32,000 nt of DNA from positions 180,001 to 212,000 of the forward strand of contig NZ_NVQC01000017.1 of NCBI RefSeq assembly GCF_003044035.1. Reading direction: 5' to 3'. The position numbers and the translations under genes were made by a program. Shown one piece after another: positions 1 through 7,897 of this stretch (position 1 is the first letter of the stretch; the number at the start of each line of letters is the position of its first letter). The notes beneath the pieces are model-generated. The model worked only from the letters and a program-made list of their open reading frames with translations. It ran no database searches and was not told the origin of the DNA. The stretch comes from Candidatus Methylomirabilis limnetica (GTDB lineage Bacteria; Methylomirabilota; Methylomirabilia; Methylomirabilales; Methylomirabilaceae).

Positions 1-1917
1 CCGCATCAGAGCGATATTGCCAAGGAGAATCTCCCGCCCCTCTACGACGGCCCTGATCCCATATCCAGGGATCGCCTTAAACTCCTGCGGCTCGGCCACG
101 TCGAGCCCCTTTGCCTTGGCGTAATCAATGATCGCCTGTCCAAGCGGGTGCTCGGAGCCTTGTTCCGCCGATGCCGCAAGCCGAAGTAGCTCCCGCTCAT
201 CCGGGCTCAGCGATAAGTTTCGAGTTTCGGGTTTCGGGTTTCTGGTCAAATTCGATGAAGAACTCGAAACTCGAAACTCGAAACTCGAAACAACATCCGT
301 AACTACCGGCTGGCCGACGGTCAGCGTACCAGTCTTATCGAAAATGATCACGTTCACCTGGTAGGCTCGTTCAAGGCTCTCGGCGTTCTTGATCAGAATA
401 CCGTACTCTGCCCCCTTCCCGATTCCGACCATAATCGACGTGGGCGTCGCGAGACCCAGGGCACAGGGGCAGGCGATCACCAGCACGGCCACGAAGTTCG
501 AGAGGGCAACGAGAAACGCCTGCTCACCCCCGAGCAGCAGCCAGACCCCGAAGGTCACGACCGCGATAACCAGGACGATCGGCACAAAGACCCCGGCGAT
601 CTTATCGACCAGTCGCTGGATGGGCGCCTTTGATCCCTGGGCCTGCTCGACCAATCGGACGATCTGGGCGAGGACGGTCTCTTGTCCCACCTTGGTCGCC
701 TCGAACTTGAAGCTGCCCATCTTATTCATCGTTGCGCCAACCACCTGATCGCCCGGCCCCTTCTCCACAGGGAGGCTCTCCCCGGTCAGCATCGATTCAT
801 CAAGCGCCGATCGACCCTCGCGGATAATCCCGTCCACCGGCACCTTCTCCCCCGGCCTGACCAATACCAGGTCGCCGGCCCTAACCTCCTCCACCGGGAT
901 GTCTTGCGCGAGGTCCCCACGGATTACCCGAGCGGTCTTGGCCCGAAGTCCCATCAGTGTCTTAATCGCCTCAGAGGTCCGACCCTTCGCCTTGGCCTCA
1001 AGCCACCTTCCCATGACGATCAGGGTCATGAGGATGCTCGCTGTGTCGTAGTAGGTCATCGCCTCCATCCCCGTCGGAGCGATGGCCGCAGGGAAGAAGG
1101 TGAGCGCCGCACTGTACAGGTAGGCCGCATTCGTCCCGATCGACACCAGGGTGTTCATATCGGCGGTTCGGTGTTTCAGACTCATCCAGAACCCTCGATG
1201 GAACTGCCAGCCGACCCAGAACTGTACTGGTGTGGTAAGAACAAAGAGCAGGTTGGGGTTGGCGAGCAGCGAAGGCGCCCACGGGAACCAGTCCGGAAAA
1301 CTGCCAAGCAGGATGGGGACGCTCAGGGCCGCCCCAACCAGAAATCTGGTCCGAAGCAGGCGGATCTCCGCATCTGCTGTCGCCTTCTCCTGATCGGGCG
1401 TTGGGACAGCATCCATGTCCGGGACAACATACCCGGCCGCTTCGATTGAGTTGCGCAGATCAGCCGGCTGGGTGACGGCGTCAAGGTAGGTCACGCTCGC
1501 CCGCTCCGTTGCGAAGTTGACGGAGGCGGAGACCACCCCCGGGACTTCCAGCAACGTCTGCTCGATGCGCTGCACGCACGAGGCGCAAGACATCCCCCGG
1601 ATCGGGATCTCGACTACCCTCGTGTTCGCACGTTGCACCTCGGGCGCTACACTCAAAACCCCCCTTTGCCCCCCTTTGCTAAAGGGGGGGGCAGGTGGTT
1701 TTGGACTTTGCCCCTCTGCCTCTGCACGCCCTATCCCCATATTCCCCCCTTTCGTAAAGGGGGGGTGGGGGGGTTTAGTCACATACTGCTCCGGCGACTT
1801 GTCGAAGGCTTCTTTACAGCCCACCGCGCAGAAATAGTACTCTACCCCTCGGTAGCGGCTCGTGCCTGCGGCCTCCTCGGGGAGCACATCCATACCACAA
1901 ATCGGGTCTCTTGCCAT
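1..1917 (-). CDS. copA: Copper/heavy-metal translocating P1B-type ATPase (CopA-like); 3' end runs off the window, 639 codons visible
   Basis: Absent from the ORF track because it is edge-truncated. My minus-strand translation from ATG 1917-1915 stays open down to position 1. Motifs: N-terminal YHS/TRASH-like DPICGMDV...[12 protein letters not shown]; HMA motif [12 protein letters not shown] (1561-1596); transmembrane CPC (463-471); phosphorylation motif FDKTGTLT (319-342); N-domain SEHPLGQAI. The ATG overlaps the upstream TAA (TAATG). Confidence 0.93.
   Translation of the reverse strand, partial: MARDPICGMDVLPEEAAGTSRYRGVEYYFCAVGCKEAFDKSPEQYVTKPPHPPFTKGGNMGIGRAEAEGQSPKPPAPPFSKGGQRGVLSVAPEVQRANTRVVEIPIRGMSCASCVQRIEQTLLEVPGVVSASVNFATERASVTYLDAVTQPADLRNSIEAAGYVVPDMDAVPTPDQEKATADAEIRLLRTRFLVGAALSVPILLGSFPDWFPWAPSLLANPNLLFVLTTPVQFWVGWQFHRGFWMSLKHRTADMNTLVSIGTNAAYLYSAALTFFPAAIAPTGMEAMTYYDTASILMTLIVMGRWLEAKAKGRTSEAIKTLMGLRAKTARVIRGDLAQDIPVEEVRAGDLVLVRPGEKVPVDGIIREGRSALDESMLTGESLPVEKGPGDQVVGATMNKMGSFKFEATKVGQETVLAQIVRLVEQAQGSKAPIQRLVDKIAGVFVPIVLVIAVVTFGVWLLLGGEQAFLVALSNFVAVLVIACPCALGLATPTSIMVGIGKGAEYGILIKNAESLERAYQVNVIIFDKTGTLTVGQPVVTDVVSSFEFRVSSSSSNLTRNPKPETRNLSLSPDERELLRLAASAEQGSEHPLGQAIIDYAKAKGLDVAEPQEFKAIPGYGIRAVVEGREILLGNIALMR
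217..291. repeat. 75-bp palindromic heptamer-array element (GTTTCGR x4 / loop / YCGAAAC x4) lying in frame inside copA
   Basis: Left arm is gtttcgagtttcgggtttcgggtttc (217-242). Right arm is gaactcgaaactcgaaactcgaaactcgaaac (260-291) and is its reverse complement. Loop is tggtcaaattcgatgaa. The length is 25 codons, read as [24 protein letters not shown] between VTDVV and [15 protein letters not shown]. Confidence 0.85.
1655..1776. repeat. MITE-like element of about 120 bp bounded by inverted C6-N-C6TTT-N3-AAAG6 units, in frame inside the copA N-terminal linker
   Basis: Left end is aaaacccccctttgcccccctttgctaaagggggg (hairpin 1669-1689). Right end is cccccctttcgtaaagggggggtgggggggttt (hairpin 1744-1764), the same unit in inverted orientation. 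It is translated as [39 protein letters not shown] between the YHS and HMA domains, with no stop codon. Confidence 0.75.
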
Positions 1918-3110
1918 TACCAGCTTCCCAACTCTTGGCGTCTGCCGCTGAAGCCTCCTCGACCGGCCAAAAGATCAAACAGCATGACAATGGAACGAGG
2001 CGTCCCCGCCCAGACCTGATCCTCAAACGACTCGTAACTCTCCTCGCCTATCAAGACCTTTCTGTAGAGATCGATCACCCCGCGACGTCGTCTGAGCACC
2101 TGGAACCAAAGCCAGGGAAGCCGATGGGCCGCACGGCTCAGCCGGCCAGCCGCCTCAAGCGCCGGTGTGATCTCCGTCGAGATGGCCGCCTGATACCACT
2201 GGAGATCACCGCCATCGCTCCCCGCCCTGACAATGGCCCTGGCTGCCAGTTGTCCGCTCTGGATGGCGTAGTAGATCCCTTCCCCTAGAAAGGGATCGAC
2301 CAGACATGCCGCGTCACCTGTGAGAAGCGCGCGTCCCCGGTGAATCGGGCCGGTCCCGTCATGATAGACCGGGATCATCGCCCCGGTGGTCCGCACCGCT
2401 TTGCCGTTGCTGAAGCCGCCGGCGCTGAGGAAGGCCGTGAGGCACGGTAGGGCCCGCTTCGCCGACCTCCGGTCGATCGATACGCCGACAGAGGCCACCC
2501 CACGCTTCGGAAAGGCCCAACAATAGCCCCCTGGGGTCCTACCCACATCGATGATCACCCGGCCCCGGAGCGCTGCCTCACCAGCGCTCGTCAAGGGAAT
2601 CTCCGCGTCCAGCCCCACTGCCATTGGCTGCGCGCGATCCGGAAACAGATCCCTGGCGACAACGCCGCAGGCGCCATCAGCCCCGATCACAAAGTCCGCG
2701 ATCTCCGTCCGCCCGCCGAGATCAACCTCGACACCGTTCGCCGATTCTTTGACAGATCGCACCGCCTGTCCATCCTGTAACTCGGCTCCGGCGTCAACCG
2801 CACGGCCGCACAGGGCCTGATCAAAGGTGTCGCGCCAGACCATATAGGCCACCGGCTCCGAAAAGGTCGCCTCGACCGGATTGCGACCGCGCCAGGTAAA
2901 GGTGAGGTTGGTAATCGACTCCTCGTTCAGCTCGCCCAGATCGAACGGCAGCAGCCGCTCCACCCGCCGCGACAGGCAGCCGCCGCACGCCTTATAGCGA
3001 GGCAGCCTTCGCCGTTCCAGCAGAAGCACCTTGGCGCCCGCCTTTGCCAGCGCCATCGCCGCCGTCGCCCCGGCAGGCCCGCCACCAACTACGATCGTAT
3101 CGTATCGCAC
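1917..3110 (-). CDS. FAD-dependent oxidoreductase, geranylgeranyl reductase family
   Basis: 397-aa ORF. N-terminal Rossmann dinucleotide motif [23 protein letters not shown]...LLLE, plus the C-terminal [21 protein letters not shown] motif typical of the GG-reductase/FixC-like family. GTG start at 3110. The TAA overlaps the copA ATG. Confidence 0.8.
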   Translation of the reverse strand: MRYDTIVVGGGPAGATAAMALAKAGAKVLLLERRRLPRYKACGGCLSRRVERLLPFDLGELNEESITNLTFTWRGRNPVEATFSEPVAYMVWRDTFDQALCGRAVDAGAELQDGQAVRSVKESANGVEVDLGGRTEIADFVIGADGACGVVARDLFPDRAQPMAVGLDAEIPLTSAGEAALRGRVIIDVGRTPGGYCWAFPKRGVASVGVSIDRRSAKRALPCLTAFLSAGGFSNGKAVRTTGAMIPVYHDGTGPIHRGRALLTGDAACLVDPFLGEGIYYAIQSGQLAARAIVRAGSDGGDLQWYQAAISTEITPALEAAGRLSRAAHRLPWLWFQVLRRRRGVIDLYRKVLIGEESYESFEDQVWAGTPRSIVMLFDLLAGRGGFSGRRQELGSW

Positions 3111-3125
3111 CAGATCCCTCAGGCG

Positions 3126-3413
3126 CTACCGGCCGTAGCGCGCGAAGACCTCCAGAAGTTCCTCAATCTTCTTCTGTCGATCCTCCGCCCGCCCGGAGGC
3201 TATCGCCTCTGCAACACACGATTCAATATGACGGCCCAGGAGAATCTTACGAACCTGCTCCAACGCGCCATGGACGGCGGAGAGCTGCAACAGGATATCG
3301 ACGCAGTACTTCCCCTCCTCCACCATCCGCTGCACGCCCTGCACCTGGCCCTCGATCCGGCTCAGGCGGCCCATCGCCTTTTGCTTCGTCTCCTCGTCGA
3401 TCATCTCTTCCAC
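3126..3413 (-). CDS. csoR: CsoR/RcnR-family metal-sensing transcriptional repressor
   Basis: 95 aa. RLSRIEGQVQGVQRMVEEGKYCVDILLQLSAVHGAL...HIESC shows the DUF156 fold signature with Cys/His/Cys ligand positions. It heads an operon that ends in copA. Confidence 0.85.
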   Translation of the reverse strand: MEEMIDEETKQKAMGRLSRIEGQVQGVQRMVEEGKYCVDILLQLSAVHGALEQVRKILLGRHIESCVAEAIASGRAEDRQKKIEELLEVFARYGR

Positions 3414-3436
3414 CTCAATTCAGTCTAAGCGACAAC

Positions 3437-3456
3437 TACCCTACTCCGGTAGAGTA
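3437..3456. promoter_or_regulatory. Candidate CsoR operator (8-4-8 pseudo-palindrome TACCCTAC-tccg-GTAGAGTA)
   Basis: Inverted repeat with 7/8 complementary positions, 24-43 nt upstream of the csoR start. The TACCCTAC half-site resembles, from memory, the Bacillus subtilis copZA CsoR operator. Confidence 0.45.
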
Positions 3457-3539
3457 TACGCCCGCATGGCGATCCAGTCAAAACTAACCCGGTAATCAGG
3501 TGTCTTGCGTCTCGCTTCATCCGTCCCTCGCCAGATTGA

Positions 3540-3568
3540 TTGACATCTATAATCTGCCCCCTTACAAT
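3540..3568 (+). promoter_or_regulatory. Sigma70-like promoter (TTGACA-17 nt-TACAAT) for the hydrolase gene; it would give a near-leaderless mRNA
   Basis: TTGACA at 3540-3545, a 17-nt spacer, TACAAT at 3563-3568, and the ATG at 3576. The TTG start the ORF track calls at 3540 is the -35 hexamer itself. Confidence 0.4.
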
Positions 3569-3575
3569 CGCCTCT

Positions 3576-4370
3576 ATGCCAAAAGTCCGGGTCGGCGAGA
3601 TTGAGATGTTTTACCACGAAGACGGCCACTGTGAGCCTGTCTTCTGGATCCACGGGCTCGGCATCGACCACCGGATCTGGGCGCTGCAGATACCGCTGTT
3701 CAGCCGGCACTTCCGTTGCGTGACCTTCGACAACCGCGACGCCGGCCAAAGTGACCGCTCACAGGGTTCCTATACTATACAGAACATGGCCGACGATGCC
3801 ATCCGCCTGATGGACGCACTCGCCATTGATCAGGCCCACATCGTGGGTATTTCCATGGGCGGGGCGGTCGCCCAGGAGCTGGCTATTGCCCATCCTACCA
3901 GGGTCAAGCGACTGGTCCTTGTCTCGACCTACACCTCGGCCGATCGACGCGGCACTGACATACTGAACTCGTTCGCCTTGATGCGGGCCCGCTTCAGCCG
4001 GGAAGAGTATGCGCGGGCTACCAGTCCATGGGTATTCACGTACGAGGACTATCTTATCCCGGGATTGGCAGAGTCGGTCATCACCCGATTCCTGGAGGAT
4101 CCATACTTTCTCCCGTCCGACGTCTACGCCCGCCAAATCGAGGCCGCACGCAGTCACTTCACCGAAGATCGCTTGAGCCGGATTACGGCCCCCACGCTGA
4201 TTGTGGCCGGCGATGAAGATCTCATGACCCCAATGCGTTTTGCCGGGACGCTCCACGAGGGAATCCCCGGCGCTAAGCTGGCAGTGATCCGGGGCAGCGG
4301 ACACGCCTTGGTCCTCACCCACGCTGAGGAGTTTAACCGCATCGTCCTGTCGTTCCTCAAAGAGTCCTGA
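3576..4370 (+). CDS. Alpha/beta-fold hydrolase
   Basis: HGLGIDHRIW oxyanion region, nucleophile elbow GISMGG, C-terminal GSGHAL histidine. The start was moved to ATG 3576 (MPKVRVGEIEMFY...). Confidence 0.8.
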   Translation: MPKVRVGEIEMFYHEDGHCEPVFWIHGLGIDHRIWALQIPLFSRHFRCVTFDNRDAGQSDRSQGSYTIQNMADDAIRLMDALAIDQAHIVGISMGGAVAQELAIAHPTRVKRLVLVSTYTSADRRGTDILNSFALMRARFSREEYARATSPWVFTYEDYLIPGLAESVITRFLEDPYFLPSDVYARQIEAARSHFTEDRLSRITAPTLIVAGDEDLMTPMRFAGTLHEGIPGAKLAVIRGSGHALVLTHAEEFNRIVLSFLKES

Positions 4371-4392
4371 GCCTCGATCAAATCCCCCCTCG

Positions 4393-4413
4393 CCCCCCTT
4401 TATCAAAGGGGGG
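4393..4413. repeat. Solo copy of the C6TTT-N3-AAAG6 palindromic unit (hairpin) between the hydrolase and GNAT genes
   Basis: cccccctttatcaaagggggg, preceded by cccccctcg. This is the same unit as the two copies inside copA. It lies 23 nt after the hydrolase stop and 11 nt before the GNAT ATG. Confidence 0.7.
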
Positions 4414-4424
4414 TTGGAGAGATT

Positions 4425-5234
4425 ATGGACGCGTCGATTCGCACTACCCTGGATTCTTACGAAACCTACCTCGTCGAGCACAACCGCTCCATGGGGTGCA
4501 TGGTGACCATCAGGCACCCGTTCGTGCTTTTCACGAACGACGAGATCGCCGTGCCCTGGTACAACTATGCCGGCGTCGTACCGTGGAGCGAGATCCCAGG
4601 GCGCGAGTGCATCGAGGAGGTCATGGCGCACTACCGCGCGCGGGGCTATAGCCCGCACTTCACGTTCACGCTCGAGACAGCGCCGGAGGGACTGGCCGAG
4701 GCATTGCAGTCGGCGGGCTGTGCGCTCGAGTCCCACAAGTACGTCATGTTTCAGTACGAGCCGGTCGACCCGTCGGTACCGGCAGACGTGCGGCTGGGCA
4801 AGACAGGGCCTGAGGACATGCCGGCCGCGGGGCGCATCCTGGGCGTCAGTTTCGATTCGGGCGAGTCGGCGTGGCAGGATCCAACGGTGCGTATCCGGCT
4901 GGTTGCGCGTATGCGTGCGGCGCGCATGCACCAGCTCGGCGCGTGGGTGGATGGACAGCTTGCCGCAGCGGCACATCTGCACACGGGCGTCGGTGTGGGA
5001 CATATTACCGGGGTAGCCACCGCTCCGGAGTTCCGCGGGCGCGGTCTGGCCGGCCTGCTCACCGCGTACGCCGCACGCTTCGCCCGCGAAGAAGGCGCCA
5101 CGCTCGTCGCGCTCGAGGTAGCCACGCCGGACGCGGAGCGTGTGTACGCGCGCATCGGCTTCAGGCGCGCGGTAGAACGAGTTGAGTATAGTGTAACTAC
5201 TCAGGTAGATAGGCTGAAGGCTGAAGGCTTTTAG
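4425..5234 (+). CDS. GNAT-family N-acetyltransferase; the last 13 codons are supplied by a repeat element
   Basis: Acetyl-CoA binding motif A: ITGVATAPEFRGRGLAGLLTAYAARFAREEG. The C-terminal VTTQVDRLKAEGF-stop is encoded by the left terminal repeat of the element starting at 5193. Confidence 0.8.
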   Translation: MDASIRTTLDSYETYLVEHNRSMGCMVTIRHPFVLFTNDEIAVPWYNYAGVVPWSEIPGRECIEEVMAHYRARGYSPHFTFTLETAPEGLAEALQSAGCALESHKYVMFQYEPVDPSVPADVRLGKTGPEDMPAAGRILGVSFDSGESAWQDPTVRIRLVARMRAARMHQLGAWVDGQLAAAAHLHTGVGVGHITGVATAPEFRGRGLAGLLTAYAARFAREEGATLVALEVATPDAERVYARIGFRRAVERVEYSVTTQVDRLKAEGF

Positions 5235-5545
5235 GGGTAAGTCATGCGTGATCGTAACTACTCAGGTGTTTAGGCTGTAGGCTGAAGGCTGTTAGCCATT
5301 GCGCATGGACCGAATCAAGGCGCCCAGAACCTTTTCGGCCTCCATCATGTTCGCGTCGCATTCAGAAAACGCCTGGCTCATCTGTGCGCGTTCCTACAGT
5401 CTAAAAGACTACAGTCTATCCACCTGAATAGTTACGCGTGATCAAAGAAAACTCAGAAAAGGTCTTGAATGGCTCGATTCGTGCCTTGCTAGATAATTTA
5501 GAACCTTCAGCCTTCAGCCTTCAGCCTAAACACCTGAGTAGTTAC
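5193..5545. mobile_element. MITE-like element (outer copy) with terminal inverted repeats GTAACTACTCAGGT-N5-(GGCTGAA)n, carrying a deleted four-helix-bundle protein gene remnant
   Basis: Left end is gtaactactcaggtagataggctgaaggctgaaggc. Right end is ccttcagccttcagccttcagcctaaacacctgagtagttac. The interior aligns with the element at 7898-8135 (…atgcgtgatc / …gaaaaggtcttgaatggctcgattcgtgccttgctagataattt). No clean target duplication is seen for this copy. Confidence 0.75.
5254..5435. mobile_element. Second, variant copy of the same element family nested inside the outer copy, flanked by an 8-bp direct repeat GCGTGATC
   Basis: Its ends are gtaactactcaggtgtttaggctgtaggctgaaggc and ctacagtctaaaagactacagtctatccacctgaatagttac. 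GCGTGATC occurs at 5246-5253 and again at 5436-5443. The interior read on the minus strand gives ...EAEKVLGALIRSMRNG-stop, a four-helix-bundle protein C-terminus. Confidence 0.8.
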
Positions 5546-5546
5546 C

Positions 5547-5834
5547 TTAGATCTTCGCCGGTCTATGACCGGCTGACTTCAATTCATGGTCGATGCGTTC
5601 GCTCAGGAACACCTTGAGCAATGACTGATATGGTACATCGCGTTTGTTCGCCAGGAGCTTCAACTCTTCCAACATGATTTCCGGCAGCCGCAACGATATC
5701 GTTTTTACAGAAGGGTGAAGCCGGGGAAAGAGCATCCTCCTGCCCTTCTTCCAATCGATGTAGTCCGTCGAGTCGGCCGTCGCCCAAAACTCGCGCTCTT
5801 CATCTTCCGACGAAAACCTCGGGATCTTCTTCAT
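5547..5834 (-). CDS. brnA: BrnA-type antitoxin (CopG/RHH-like)
   Basis: 95 aa. EDEEREFWATADSTDYIDW...KTISLRLPEIMLEELKLLANKRDVPYQSLLKVFL is typical of BrnA. Its start overlaps the brnT stop (ATGA). Confidence 0.85.
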   Translation of the reverse strand: MKKIPRFSSEDEEREFWATADSTDYIDWKKGRRMLFPRLHPSVKTISLRLPEIMLEELKLLANKRDVPYQSLLKVFLSERIDHELKSAGHRPAKI

Positions 5835-6133
5835 GACGCCTTATACTCCCTTCGCTCCTTCTTACTCATGTCTCTGGCCGAAATCACACGGATCAGATTG
5901 CGTCGGAGCGTAAAGACCACCAGCAACAGCCTCCCGGCATCGGTCTGGCCAAGAGCATACAATCGTTCCTCGACCTGGGAATGCACCAGGTCTTCGACAA
6001 CAATAAGCGGACAATTGAAAAATATCTGCTCACACTCCGCAGCCGTCACGCGGTGATTTACCCAGCTCTTGAGGACATTTCCCTCGTCCCAAAGAAATCC
6101 TGTACACTTGGCCATCTGCTCGTATACGTCCAT
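5831..6133 (-). CDS. brnT: BrnT-type toxin (DUF497 ribonuclease family)
   Basis: 100 aa. FLWDEGNVLKSWVNHRVTAAECEQIF...HSQVEERLYALGQTDAGRLLLVVFTLRRNLIRVISARDMSKKERREY matches the DUF497 pattern. Confidence 0.85.
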   Translation of the reverse strand: MDVYEQMAKCTGFLWDEGNVLKSWVNHRVTAAECEQIFFNCPLIVVEDLVHSQVEERLYALGQTDAGRLLLVVFTLRRNLIRVISARDMSKKERREYKAS

Positions 6134-6205
6134 ACGATATGTATATTATGACAGTATACACATGTCAAGAGGATAGACCAACAGACGGGCTGTTGAATTT
6201 TTTTC

Positions 6206-6234
6206 TTGACACTGCTCCGGTCAACATTTATCCT
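6206..6234 (+). promoter_or_regulatory. Sigma70-like promoter for fur (TTGACA-17 nt-TATCCT)
   Basis: TTGACA at 6206-6211, a 17-nt spacer, TATCCT at 6229-6234, in the AT-rich divergent region between brnT and fur. Confidence 0.35.
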
Positions 6235-6252
6235 GGGCTGGTTAATCGACAT

Positions 6253-6267
6253 TGACAATCGTTTTCA
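6253..6267. promoter_or_regulatory. Fur-box-like site upstream of fur (possible autoregulation)
   Basis: tgacaatcgttttca matches TGATAATCATTATCA at 12/15 positions. It lies 13 nt upstream of the fur ATG. Confidence 0.4.
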
Positions 6268-6279
6268 TTTTCTTATGCT

Positions 6280-6753
6280 ATGAAGGCTAAACTTCTCCAA
6301 TTCCAGCAGTACCTTCATCGAGCCGGGCTGAAGGCGACCCGCCAGCGCGAGTTGATCGCACGGGCCTTCTTCGCCACGACGACGCACGTCAGCGCCGAGG
6401 GCCTCTATCGCCAGGTGGGGGGTCGGAACCCACGGATCGGGCTCGTCACCGTCTATCGGACACTGAAACTCCTGAAGAACGCCGGGCTTGCCCATGAGCG
6501 ACAGTTCGGCGATGGGCGCGGCCTGTTCGAGCACGCATCCAGTGAGCGCCACCACGATCACATTATCTGCACCGAGTGCGGCAAGATCACCGAGTTCGCA
6601 AGCTGCGAGATCGAGGCGCTGCAGGAACAGATCGTCCGTAGGTTGGGTTTCTCCATTCAGTACCACAAGCTGGAGCTGTACGGTCTCTGTCGCGACTGTG
6701 GCGCGAACGTCAGCAGAGGACCCGGTAAGGTCTCTGCGATTGTGGCCGGATGA
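6280..6753 (+). CDS. fur: Fur-family metalloregulator
   Basis: 157 aa. Winged-helix LKATRQRELIARAF, metal-site HHDHIICTECGKITEF and C-terminal CRDCG. It lies immediately upstream of an Fe(III)-type ABC importer. Confidence 0.85.
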   Translation: MKAKLLQFQQYLHRAGLKATRQRELIARAFFATTTHVSAEGLYRQVGGRNPRIGLVTVYRTLKLLKNAGLAHERQFGDGRGLFEHASSERHHDHIICTECGKITEFASCEIEALQEQIVRRLGFSIQYHKLELYGLCRDCGANVSRGPGKVSAIVAG

Positions 6754-6786
6754 GGCCCCCGGAAGAAGCCTTTTTAGGCGACCTTA

Positions 6787-6801
6787 TTGAAAATGATTGT
6801 C
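6787..6801. promoter_or_regulatory. Fur-box-like site upstream of the iron ABC transporter genes
   Basis: Within ttgaaaatgattgtc, the core GAAAATGATTGTC matches GATAATGATTATC at 11/13 positions. It sits between the fur stop (6753) and the binding-protein ATG (6843). Confidence 0.45.
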
Positions 6802-6842
6802 TTTGTCATGCGGCGTCCCGAGATCCGCAGCTAGGAGGTGTA

Positions 6843-7877
6843 ATGGCACGTTTCAGAAGGCTGGTGCGTAGTAGGCGCCTCTCAACACGACTCCTGTCCT
6901 CTTGGGTCTTACTCCTTACCGTATCGTTGCTCTTACACGTACACGCTTCTGCATCGGCCTCCGAGTTAGTCATCTACTCCGGCCGTAAAGAGAGCGCGAT
7001 TAAGCCGGTAGTGGAACTCTTTGAGCGGCAGACCGGCATCAAGGTTGCGCTGAAAACGGGCAAGACCTCCGGCCTCGCGAACGAGATGCTCCAGGAACGG
7101 CAGCGGCCGAGGGCCGATATCTTTATCGCCACCGAGGCCGGTGTCTGCGAGATCCTTGCGAAGGAAGGGCTACTGGAGCCGTATACCTCTCCCGGCGCCC
7201 GCGCGATGCCGGCCTCGCACAAGAGTGCTCGCGGGCTTTGGACCGGTATCTCCGGACGCGCCAGGGTCATCATTTACAACAAGAACCTCGTGAGGGAGAG
7301 CGATACCCCGAACTCGATATTAGACCTGACCGAGGCCAGGTGGAAGGGGAAGATCGCCATCGCCGGTACGCGCGAGCGGACGACCCTCGCCTGGCTGAGC
7401 GCCTTGGTGGAGGTCATGGGCGAGGCGAAGGCCAAGGCGTACATCGATAAGCTGATCGAGAACGGTCTGAAGGTCCTGCCTGACAACTCCGATGTCTGGC
7501 GCGGCGTAGGGAGCGGTGAGTTCGCCGTGGGATTGACTAACTCACCCAACTACCACCTGGCCCTTGAAGCGAAGCTGCCGATCGGGGTCGTGTATCCGGA
7601 TCAAGGGCCTGCAGGCATGGGCGTCATGGTCAACCCGAATGCTGTAGCAATCGTGAAGGGCGCAAAGAACCTCGACCAGGCCAGGCAATTCGTCGATTTC
7701 CTCTTCAGTAAGCCTGCCCAGGAACTCCTGGTTCACCACGCCTTCGAGATCCCGCTCCTTCCCGGGATAGACCCTGGCCCGGTCCGGCCGCTCGCGGGGT
7801 TCAAAGCGCTCCAGATCAGTCAAGAGCGCCTGGCTGACCTGGAGGATAAAACCATCGCCCTCTTCCCCGGTCTGTAA
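6843..7877 (+). CDS. Fe(III)-type ABC transporter periplasmic substrate-binding protein (FbpA/AfuA-like)
   Basis: The start was moved to ATG 6843, with a GGAGG 5 nt upstream. Signal peptide MARFRRLVRSRRLSTRLLSSWVLLLTVSLLLHVHASA. The mature part, VIYSGRKESAIKPVVELFERQTGIKV...ADIFIATEAG, is typical of iron(III) solute-binding family 1 proteins. Confidence 0.8.
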   Translation: MARFRRLVRSRRLSTRLLSSWVLLLTVSLLLHVHASASASELVIYSGRKESAIKPVVELFERQTGIKVALKTGKTSGLANEMLQERQRPRADIFIATEAGVCEILAKEGLLEPYTSPGARAMPASHKSARGLWTGISGRARVIIYNKNLVRESDTPNSILDLTEARWKGKIAIAGTRERTTLAWLSALVEVMGEAKAKAYIDKLIENGLKVLPDNSDVWRGVGSGEFAVGLTNSPNYHLALEAKLPIGVVYPDQGPAGMGVMVNPNAVAIVKGAKNLDQARQFVDFLFSKPAQELLVHHAFEIPLLPGIDPGPVRPLAGFKALQISQERLADLEDKTIALFPGL

Positions 7878-7897
7878 GGGCCGGCCGAACATCTAAC

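Noticed and set aside
128-2026. Plus-strand ORFs 128..364, 389..748, 682..1449, 1151..1393, 1517..1837 and 1633..2019, and minus-strand ORFs 998..1282 and 1814..2026
   Set aside because: All lie antisense to, or out of frame with, the copA reading frame, which carries unambiguous P-type ATPase motifs. Their products are Arg/Pro/Gly-rich low-complexity sequence typical of off-frame reading in high-GC DNA.
3759-5003. 414-aa minus-strand ORF spanning the hydrolase and GNAT genes
   Set aside because: It is antisense to two ORFs with clear catalytic motifs, crosses their intergenic repeat, and has no recognisable domain. It is a high-GC shadow ORF.
5211-5527. Tandem CTGAAGG heptamer arrays (also at 7918-7939, 8094-8116, 10967-10988) and GTTTCGR arrays (217-291) considered as a possible CRISPR or minisatellite
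   Set aside because: The units are only 7 bp, with 2-4 copies and no spacers. They always occur as inverted pairs at element termini, so they are parts of terminal inverted repeats or hairpins and not CRISPR arrays.
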